Shown: positions 53,363-64,000 of the stretch, piece by piece
Position numbering within the stretch: the stretch's first letter is position 1
Layout of the letters: every line of letters begins with the position of its first letter
NCBI GenBank assembly: GCA_033442325.1
Contig: JAWQFM010000025.1
Coordinates: 196,912-260,911, forward strand
DNA length: 64,000 bases
Direction of reading: 5' to 3'
Origin: Salpingoeca rosetta
Lineage: Eukaryota > Protista > Choanoflagellata
Notes under the pieces: generated by a model
Told to the model about the DNA's origin: nothing
Seen by the model: only the letters and a program-made list of their open reading frames with translations
The model's database searches: none
Made by a program: the position numbers and the translations under genes

Positions 53363-56300
53363 ATGTCACAGCCCAATCCCCGGGGTTACCTGCCTCCGAC
53401 GGGCACACCAACAACCCTTGCACCTCAACAGCAACCGCCCTTCCAGATGTACCCGTCGCAGCTCCAAATTCCTCTCCAACGCCTCCAGCACATCCCATCC
53501 TCATCCGCCATGCTGCAGCACGCCTACCAACAGCAGCACCAGCACCAATACCCACAACAATATCCACAACACCTCCCCTCGCCGCCACAACCACAGCCAC
53601 ACCCATATGCCCAACAGAACTCCCTCCAGCAACAGCCGCAACCACCACCACAACGGCTGCAACCACCACAACAGCCACCACAACAGCCACCACTACAACC
53701 ACCACTACAACCACCACCACAACAACAACCACTACAACAACCACTACAACGACCACTACAACCACAACCATTGCAGCAGCAGCAGGGCCAATTCACCCAC
53801 GCCTACTTTCCACAACAGCGACAACGGCCTCTTGCACCCGCACCCTCGTTACCGCGCCGACAGCCACAGCAAGTCTCGTCGAAACCGCAGTCAACTTCAG
53901 CAACAGCGACACCACCAGTGCACAGGCCAGTGCCTCCCACCTCCAACACGAACATGCCAGCACCCTCACCGTTCCCTGCTTCCGCAAGCACAAACACCAC
54001 CACCACCACCACAGCGCCAAGCTCAGTTGCGCGCACCACTCCTGCCCCCACCACCACCCCCACAACCACCACAGCAACTACAACCACCACAGCAACTACA
54101 ACCACCAACACTGTTACCACCACGACAGCAGCCACCACGTCGGCCGCAACCACAACCAATGCCACGACAGCAGCCACCACCACCACCACCACTGTGGCAG
54201 CAGGCAGCAGCACCAACAACACCTTTACCACCATGCGCGACGGTCAAAAGTACGAAAGCTTCTCCTTCCGCAACGTCGACGGCAACTGGCTCGAGATCTA
54301 CCTGCAGCCAAACACGTGGCAGTTTGTGGACCACATCCTCAATATCCTCCCCGACCAGGATGTCGCATACGTCAACGCCGTCCACAAGCGCCGCTCTGCG
54401 CGCGTGTGGACGGACCGTGGCCGCCTTGTGGAGGTGTTTGTGCCCAAGGAGGCCCTCCTGGTCTCTGCGCACCTCGTGCCGCCAAATGAGGACGACAGCA
54501 GGCTGTGGCCGAAGCTGCGCACCTACCGCATGATCCCGTCGACACGCCGCTTCATCATGGACCAGACGAGCGGCTCCGACCTGCGCACGTTGGCGGACTT
54601 CCCGCGCTACGGCATGACCGGGTACCGGTTTGCGCTCCTGCTCCAGCTGTCCACAGGCGCCTACGCGTGGAAGGTGTCCAAAAACGTGTTCGCCTTCCGC
54701 TCCAAAGGCTCATCAGAGGTGGCCGCGGCCAGGGCAGCGGAATCAGGAAAGGCGACAACAGCACCCGCATCATCAAAGCCATCCTCAACAGCAGCATCGG
54801 GCCGCACCAGAACATTCGCATCAAAGCGGCCGCTCGGGTCGGCGTCGTCGTCAACTTCCAGCAGGCGCATGCATGTGGTGAAGATGGAGCACGGTGGCAC
54901 AATGGCTACCTGGCACATGTACCCTGCTGGTGGCAGTGCAGACCACGGCAGCCGCGCCAGCAGTGGCCGCGGCGGGACCACCAGCGTCTTCAGCACCAGC
55001 ACCCCCACCAGCAGCAACAGCGTGTTTAGCAGCTACAGCAGCGCCAACAGCGGCAATCACGGCAGAGCCAACAACCACAGCCACAACGGCAGCCACAACG
55101 GCAGCCACAACGTCTACAATCGCAATGCCGCAAACACCGGCATGTACAATAACACCACCAACACCAACAACACCACCAACACCAGCAACATCAGCAACAA
55201 CACCAGCAGCATCAGCAGCATCAGCAACAACAACATCAGCAACAACATGGGCAGAACGACGGCACATCGTTCGCTGGGCGGCGAGACACCGGCAAAACGC
55301 GCCCATCTCGTGCTGCCGCAGAACGGGCCCACCGCCCCGACGACGTATGCGGCACCCAATCAGCAGCCGGTGGCGGCAACCTCGGCACCCATGCTGATGC
55401 TCCTGTCAAACGCAGCAGCCAGGATGGACCGCCACGGCGGGGGCGGCTACAGCAGTGGTGGTGGTGGTGGTGGCGGCGGCGGTGGCTGGAACAACGCAGC
55501 CCACGCCCCCATGCAGCAAAGCCCATGGCAGCTGCAACAGCAGGCGCAACCGCCACAAGGCAACATTGGCACCCAGCCGCAGGTTTACGGCGCCTCTGCC
55601 GCCCAATCAGGCCCGACGTCCTCAGCCACGCCGACGGTGCCGCAACCGCGCATCAAGGAGGAGGTGATTGAGAGTGAAGCGGGACCAATGCACGGTGCTG
55701 TGCACAATGATGATGGTGGTGGTGGTGGTGGTGCCAGCACTGGTGAGGGTGGTGCGAAGCGACAGCAGCACGAGCGCCAGCAACAGCCGCAGGACCAGCT
55801 GCACAGGGGCAAGAAGAAGAAAAAGAAGAAGAAGCAGAAGAGCAAGAACAGCACAAGCAACCTGAACGGCACAACACCAACCGCACCCGTGTCGCAGGCC
55901 ACAGCATCGTCGACACCAGGCATGGAGCCTCCGAAGCTGATGCCACTCAACCGCTACCCGTTTGCCATGCCACCCACGATGATGCCGCCACCACCTGCGG
56001 GCGGACTGGCTGCCCACCCGTCCTCGCTGCAAACAGCAGCACCGGCAGCACCAGCACTACCGGCCACAGCGGCAGGGCTGACGGCTGCAGCAACAAGGGG
56101 ATGGCCCACCGCTGCACCACCGGCAACAGCAGCACCAACTCCACTAACAATAACAACAACAACACCACCACCACCGCCAGCAACGACAATACCAGTGCCA
56201 ATACCAACGCCACCAATGCCGGCAGCAAACATGGCAGCAGCACCGCCACCCTGCACCGGGCCCTCCTCCTCCTCCCTCACGGCGTCTTCATTGCCCCACC

Positions 56301-57468
56301 AGCCGTATCCATATGCGATGAACCCTGCCGCAATGATGGCTGCAATGGCAGCCATGCATGGGGGCGGTGGTATGATGCAACCATTTCCAGGCATGATGCA
56401 ATCCTCCATCGCCCCGCCCACAGCAACCACAACAGCAACAGCAGCGTCGTCGGCAACAGCGCCGCTACTGGCGGGAATGCCGAACGCGCTTGTGCGCATG
56501 CCCGATGGAACCATGTCAGTCGTTGACCCACGCATCTACGCGTACCAGGCAATGCTGCTTCAACAACACCACCAACAACAGCCGTGGCAGCCGTGGCAGC
56601 CGTGGCAGCCGTGGCAGCAGTGGCAACGCGGCCAGGGAAATGACCAAACCAAGACGCAGAAGGGTGGTGATGGCGGCAAGCTGACCAGGGGCCGAAAGAA
56701 GCGTGCCAACACCAGCAAACATAGTGCCAGTGACGACGATGACGATGGTGGTGACGACACGGGAGCAGGCTCTGACGCGAGCACAGATGATGACAGCGAT
56801 GGCAGTGGTGGCAGCAAAGGTGAGCGGCGTCGCAGTCATCACGACCGTCGTCGCCATCGTCGTCATCATCATGGCCGCGGCCGCCAGCATCGTCGTGGTC
56901 GCCAGGATCACCGCCGTCAAGCCACGAACGGCACCGCATCCACATCACCATCCACATCGTCGTCGTCATCGTCGTCATCACGTATCATGTCCCGCGCTGC
57001 GTCGCCAGAACGCACAGCACTGGCACACGTGGCGGCGTCCTCGTCCTCGTCGTCGTCGTCGGGGGCGGCATCAGTGACGTCCCTCTCCTCCTCCTCCTCC
57101 TCCTCCTCGTCGTCGTCGTCGTCTTCCGCCGTGACGTCGCGCTCCTCATCACCGTCACCGTCATCAGCATCATCATCGTCGTCGTCGTCACCAGTGTCTC
57201 CATCGTCGCTTGCATCCTCGCTTCGCAGCGGTAAGCGGAAGCGGCGGCAGAAGCAGATAAAGCCGAGCAGACGCAACAGAACAATGAGAGGCACACGCAG
57301 CAGCAATGATGATACCAACAGCAGCGGCAGCAACAGCGGCAGCGGCAGCAGCAATGATGACAGCAACAGTGACAGTGACAGTGACATTGACACGTCGCGT
57401 CCATCATCGTCGCCAGCCCCAACACGCACGCGGTCGCGAGCAAAGAAGCCGCAGCAGCCGCGCAAACG

Positions 57469-57501
<33 letters not shown>

Positions 57502-58942
57502 ACAACGAAAAAGCAAGCAGCTACAGCAGCAGACAACCGCGCCTTCGTCGCGCAGTGAGATTATGCCGCCACTCCTGCCTGTTGTACTGGAAAAGCTTTC
57601 CAATGGAGTGCTGCGCGCATGCGAGGCATCAGCGCCCCCGCGCCACCGCCGCCGCCGCCGCCACCACCACGCTGGTGACAATGGTCATGATGATGACGAT
57701 GACGACGATGATGATGAGGGCGATGGTGATGGCAGCAGTGGTGGTGAGGTTGCTCGTTCCGCTTCTCGCCAGGGCCACACGAAAGGTGCAAAGGGTACGA
57801 AGAGTGCGAAGGGTGTGAAGGGTGTGAAGAGCGCGAAAGGCGGCAATGGCGATGCCGATGGTGTTGGTGACGGCACAAGCAGCGACAACAGCAGTGATCA
57901 TGCAGCAACCTCACCACCAGCAACACAGCAGCCGGTGCGTGAACTGGTGCCTGTCGACCTCGTGACTGGTGCGACTGCACGTCGCGCCATCCTCGGTGGC
58001 GTCGTTGCCGCGCGCATGGGTCGCTCGGGCGTGTGCCACCCTTTCAAATGCCACCTGTTCCTGCTGGTTGGCGCCGGGCGCAAGCAGAAGAAGGACACGG
58101 CGCGGCTGAGCATGCAGCAGGGTGCGGATGTGGTCGTGTTTGTGCCGAGCGATGCTCCGCAGCCCGTGGCGGTGCTGCTGCTGTCGCCCAGCAAGAAGTT
58201 GGCGGCGTGTCTGCCCCCATCGCCACCGCACGTGCTCAACCGCACGCGCCAGCTCACAGCCGTGCCGGAAGCCGCGCTAGGCACACGCAGCAGCACACTG
58301 TCCCGTGCCGGTGATGACGGCGAAGTAGACGATGGCGATCGCGACGATGGTGACAGCAGCAGTGGTCGTCGTGAGGTGAAGGCGGAAGAGGATGCGAGTC
58401 GGCAGACGAGAGGCAAGGGCGCGAACAAGCGCAGGAACGTGGAAAGGAGCAGCAGCCGGCGAAGCAGTGCACGCCACACGCGAGCGGTGACGCGAGAGAA
58501 GGAGGGCGGAGCCACGAGTAGGAACGACGCCGACGTCTCGTTCGAGGCGAGCGACAGCGGTTATCACGTGTACACGCACCGCTTGACGTGGACAACCGAC
58601 AACCACTTTCCCTTCAACTTTCACCGTGAGGGCGCCGGGCCGTACACAATCGGTCTCCGGTATGCGCGCGCTGACGTGAGCGGCAATGTCGGTTTTGACG
58701 ACGAGGACGCGGAGGGCATTGGTGGTGGTGGTGGTGATGATGGTCACGGTGATGATGGTGATGATGATGGTGATGATGATGGTCGCAATGACGACGGGGA
58801 CAAGGCCAATGGCGAGGGGGCAGATGGCGATGGTGTTGTGGGCAACAAGAGGGGCGACAGGACGTATGCGGATGTGGTGATTCCCAACACGCAATTCTGG
58901 CTCGAGCCAACACAGCGTGTGAGGGGCAGGAACACAAAGTGA
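53363..58942 (+). CDS. Large intronless low-complexity, probably nuclear protein (about 1860 aa) with small globular islands
   Basis: Single ORF with Q/P-, T-, S- and D-rich tracts, an NLS-like KKKKKKKKQK, and ordered segments at about 54235-54710 and 57940-58935. Confidence 0.75.
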
Positions 58943-59341
58943 GGGCGTTTGCGTGAGTTGTACGAGTGATCGTGTGTGTGTATGTGTGTGTGTGTGTGTG
59001 CACGTGGTGGTGAGTGTTCGAGGCAAAGGACAGCAGAGGTAGTGATTATGATATTGGACAGGACGACGATGGACAATCTTGATAGACTAGTCGCTGATAG
59101 TGGCGAGGCCCTGAGTGGAAGACAATGGGTCTGTGAATGATAGAATGATGGAGACTTGATGGTGTTGTTGTTGATGATGATGGTGGTGGCGATGGTGCGA
59201 GGTTTTCGTGATCACACTTTCGCGCGTGCAAGCGTATCCTGCATTGTTCTGATGTACATTGATTTTATTTTTCATGTTTCCACTCGCGTCATGAGATTGC
59301 GTTTGACATTCAGTTTACGCACGTTTATTTGTTCGCAGTGG

Positions 59342-59418
<77 letters not shown>

Positions 59419-59568
59419 TGCTGCGCTTGCCATTGAAACCACCAACAATACAAGGAAATACCAGAACTTGCGATGAGACGGAAAGCGCGCGTGTGCATGT
59501 GTGGTTGTGTGGTTGAGTGTGTGTGTGTGTGTGTTCCTTATTTTACTTTTTACATGTTTGTTTGCGTG

Positions 59569-59921
59569 TCATTGCGTCGTTGATGTTGTCGAGGACGATG
59601 ACGTATGGATGCCCGACAGCGAGAGAAGCGCGGCAAAGTCCGTGCGCCAGGACGGCGGGGCTGCAATGCAACAGGCAGTCACGCATATTATTCGCGTGAA
59701 TAAGAGAAAGCATGCAACGAGAACGATGAGGCGCATGCTTGCACACACCATGCACACATTCACACACGTATGCATGTGTGCCAACTGACCTGCGGTGAAG
59801 ATTGCCACCAGTGTTTCGCGGACAGCGAGGTCTTTCACCAGCGTTCCTCTCACCAGGCTGATCTGTGGGATGTGTGTGTGTGTGTGAGGAAAGAGTGAGC
59901 GAGTGTGCAAAGGACGACGCA

Positions 59922-60009
<88 letters not shown>

Positions 60010-60034
60010 TGCAATCCGCATCGCATGCACACAC

Positions 60035-60094
<60 letters not shown>

Positions 60095-60494
60095 TGCAAT
60101 CCGCACCGCATGCACACGTACATGGCACGTTAACACTCACGATATTAGAGCCACGCGTCGTCTCTTTGCAAAACGCGTTCAACTCGTTTAACCAGAGCCA
60201 GGACGGCGACGGGGAGCCACCGCTCGCATCAACCTTTCCTGTCTCATCACCATCGCCACCACCATCACCATCCTTTCGCTGCTTCTCCTCCCGAACCACG
60301 TCTGCCTCCACGTGTGTGAGCAGCGTGCGTGCTGCCTCGAAGAGCTGCCCTGCTTGCTGCTGCGCCCACACGCCGACAACAGACGCGGTCACGTGCGCAC
60401 ACGATGACTGCAGCGCAATTACCAGTCGCAGGGTGGCTGGTGTGTCATGTGTGTGAGCGCGTGTGCGCGCGTGTGTGAAGTGTGAGAATGAAAT

Positions 60495-60551
<57 letters not shown>

Positions 60552-62470
60552 TGTGTGTGTGTGTGTGTTTGTGAAACAGTTGCTGAGACAGCGGAGCAAA
60601 TGCCCCAATCTCGCAACAACCGCCACCGCCGCCACCACCACCACCACCATCATCGCCACCTGCTGTTGGTCCCAGACGGGTGAGGATTCGCGCAATTGCG
60701 GAGTGGAAATGGACGGCAGCGGCCGGCGGCGCCTGGCGAACAACCTGAAGTCGCGTGCCGGTGTGTCGTGTGTATGTGCGTGTGTGCGTGTGTGTGTGCG
60801 TGTGTGTGTGTGTCGTGTGTGTTTGCGGTATGTGCGTCTGGTTCAAATACTTGCCCTGACAACATTCTCGCTCGCCGCACACCACAAACAACTGCAGCAC
60901 CTCCAAGCAGCTTTCCTCCCTCCCCCCCCCCCTCTTCCCTCGCTCACACAGTCGACTGCGTCCCCACCTCCAGGGAGAATGCAGGGTCCACCATGCAAAG
61001 CTCCAAGTCCATCACTTCCATCAGCCGATGCCGAACAGCCGCAGATGCCGCAATACCCCAACGGCGACGAGAATGGTGGTGTTGCTGATGATTGTGCTGA
61101 TTCGGAGAAGCGTTGGCGTGTGATGCTGTGGCGCTCAGAGCGGCACCATCACCGCTATCGGCTTCATATTCACGAGGAGGAGACGCAGAGTCAGTTGTTG
61201 ATGTGGTGGCTGCTGTCCCTGCCAATGCCATTGCTGCAATCACAGTTTGCCATAATCGCCGCACGCGCCGCTGCAGTCGTACAGGGGCACTTGAATGGGA
61301 AGGGGGGGGGGGTGATTGGAACAGTGGTGGAATGGATCAATGTGCAATGGGAGGGTGTGAAGGTGTGAGCGTGTGATGGCGTGAAGGCGTGATGGTGAGA
61401 CTTTACAGACAGTGTGGCATTTTGAGAGATGAGGGGCTGCAGCCTCGATACTTGATTGATCACACACACACACACACATACACACACACACACACATACA
61501 CACACATACACATACACACACACATACACATACACACACACATACACATACACACACATACACACAAACAAAACAACGCAATGCAATGCAGCGAGGACGG
61601 CACCTTGGCGGGGGCATGGCTGGATATGAGCTGGCGACCGGCTGCTGGGCATCGGAATCATTGTCGCGTTGATCATCGCCAACGAGGAGTTTGGGCAGCG
61701 CGATGCACGAGAGGGCGTGGCACAGCGCAGACCACCCGCGTACAGACAGGCGCGCACACAGCGCGTGGAGGAGGACGGGGTTGCACGACACACACGCGAC
61801 GCCGAGCGCATGCACGGCGTGGAGAAGGAGTGGATCGACGAGCGGTGGGAGGTCGGCAGCGGCAGTGGATATGTCACGCAACACGGGCTGGTGGCGTGTG
61901 TTTGGTTGTGGTTGCGGTGAGAGCAAAAAAGAGGGTTGTTTGTGGGATGGCAATCACGGGGGAAAATGACAGGCGACAATATTGTTGCACACACACACAT
62001 GTGTACAATGCATGTGACATGCACACGCATACACCCAAACTGTGTCATCATCACACACTTGCACACACTTGCACAGACTTGCACGGACATGCTTTGGTTG
62101 CATCTGGTTTTGGGCACTGCTGCCTCCTTACCTCCACGAGTTGCCGCATGTTCGTCTTGTCGTGCAGACGCATGTACGTCCTCATGGCCGTGGAGTCCTG
62201 GGGGCGTTGTCTGGACGAACGGTCACGGAGTGCCACCAGCAGTACGTGCAGTGACATGCGGGGCTCGCGTGCTGTCAACTGTGACAGCAGCTGCTGCGCC
62301 AGCGCGGCAAACTTGGTCTGCTGTGACGCCTGCGGGCCATATGTTTTGGGTTCATACATGTGCGCGCGTGTGTGTGAGGAAGACGCACGCACTCAAGGCA
62401 TGACGAGCACACACACACATACACGCACACACAGATAGGTACACACACAGACACACAGACAAACAGACAC

Positions 62471-62509
<39 letters not shown>

Positions 62510-62519
62510 CAGACAGACA

Positions 62520-62570
<51 letters not shown>

Positions 62571-63905
62571 CGCCTACCTGTGCGTCGAGAGCGCGGGCGA
62601 TGAGGACGTGGTGCGACGCCGGCGGCAGAGGGAACTCGGGAAGCTGCGGCCACATGTACAGCGGTGTTTCTCCTGATGCAGCAGGGGGGAAAGGGGAAAC
62701 GTGCATGTGGTGTGGCGTGATGTGAGACGAGTAGTGGGTGAAATAAACCTCATGCACATGTACATGTACATGTGTGCGTGTGTGCAAGTGCGAGCAAACA
62801 GTCATGTTGCAGACTCTCCAACGCAACATGTCAGCCCACCTCCCTCCACCGCCAGCAATCGAGTCATTGTGTTCCCAAGTCGCCAACCCCCCCCCCCCCC
62901 CCATCCTTCATTTATCTCTTTAATCTACCACTCTCACATACCCTCCTCCCACTCACGGATTGCGTCGGCGCTGCTGTGTCCAAAGTCGTCCAGGCAGACG
63001 AGGACGGCGGGCAGCAGCGCCCCCGCGAGCGATGCGCAGAACGCAGCGTCGCTCTCTGGTGGTTGGTGGAGGGGATGATGTTTGAGGGTGGGGAGGGGGA
63101 GGGTTGGGGGGGGGGCGTGTGTGGACGTGTGAGTGTATGTATGTGAACGCATGCGTGTGAAGGTATGTGTGGACGTGCGAATGTATGTATGTGAACGCAT
63201 GTGCGGTGTGTGAATGTATGTGTGCTCAATAGGACTTAACACGCGAGCACAGCTCCACAAATGACGATGCCATTCAAAAAAAACAAAAAAAGAATCAACA
63301 ACACAAATGACTCCACTCCATCAACAACCCCATCTCTCCACCACTGTCACCATCACCTTTGCCCGGTTTGCCCGCCACCTCCTCCAGTCGCGTCATAATT
63401 CGGTCAAACAGCTGCGAAAACGAACGCGTCTTGCTCTGCACACGTTGTGCGCGGTAAGTGTGGACACGTGTGTGTGTCGGTGTGGACACGTGTATATGCG
63501 TGTACATGCGTGTGTGAGTGAGTGAGTGAGTGAGTGAGTGAGTGAGTGAGTGAGTGAGTGAGTGTATGTTCATGCATGCATGTGTGCATCACCGCTCGAA
63601 TGTATCGTGCCAGCAAAAGCATAAAAGTAGCATCTACCCACGTCCAGAGCGAACACCATCACCACCGACTCCATCGTCTCACCATTCCAAACTGCTCAAT
63701 GAGGCCATCAAAGAACATTAATCGCCCCGAACTGAAGCGCACGCGGCCCGCAGACGCCGGGTCATACGCGTCTGGTGGTGGTGATCATGGCGGTGGCGGT
63801 GAACATGGTGGTGGTGGTGATGATCATGGTGGTGGTGATGATCATGGTGGTGGTGATGGTGATGAGTGAAGGGTGAGACGCGTCGGGAGGAAAAGAGCAC
63901 ACGCA

Positions 63906-64000
<95 letters not shown>
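59569..64000 (-). CDS. 3' portion of a large multi-exon, helical/Leu-rich hypothetical protein entering from the right edge
   Basis: Exons such as [65 protein letters not shown] and [24 protein letters not shown]|APPSWRTDF...* (TGA at 59569), separated by microsatellite introns. Confidence 0.6.

Overview
Eukaryotic, intron-rich genomic DNA saturated with (CA)n/(GT)n microsatellites and containing five N-gaps. Style and gene content suggest a choanoflagellate such as Salpingoeca rosetta (inference, not database-checked). Most short six-frame ORFs are microsatellite artefacts. I rebuilt about 18 genes by hand from GT-AG junctions. Housekeeping genes: borealin, very-long-chain 3-oxoacyl-CoA reductase, BZW/eIF5-mimic and a DEK_C+SWIB (UAF30-like) protein. 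Interleaved with them is a set of genes with innate-immunity-like architecture. These are two tandem HET/TIR-like domain genes (one has lost the putative catalytic Glu), two paralogous class-3 lipase + P-loop GTPase fusions (one without coding introns, one with 10 exons and a TM hairpin), a TIR/HET-like + 13x TPR protein, an LRR-like protein with an internal stop, and an LRR receptor kinase. Each lipase-GTPase lies head-to-head with an orphan partner gene. An intron-containing, lesioned IS630/Tc1-type transposase lies between the two lipase-GTPase genes. The lipase-GTPase/TIR-like cluster is the best candidate for an undescribed system.
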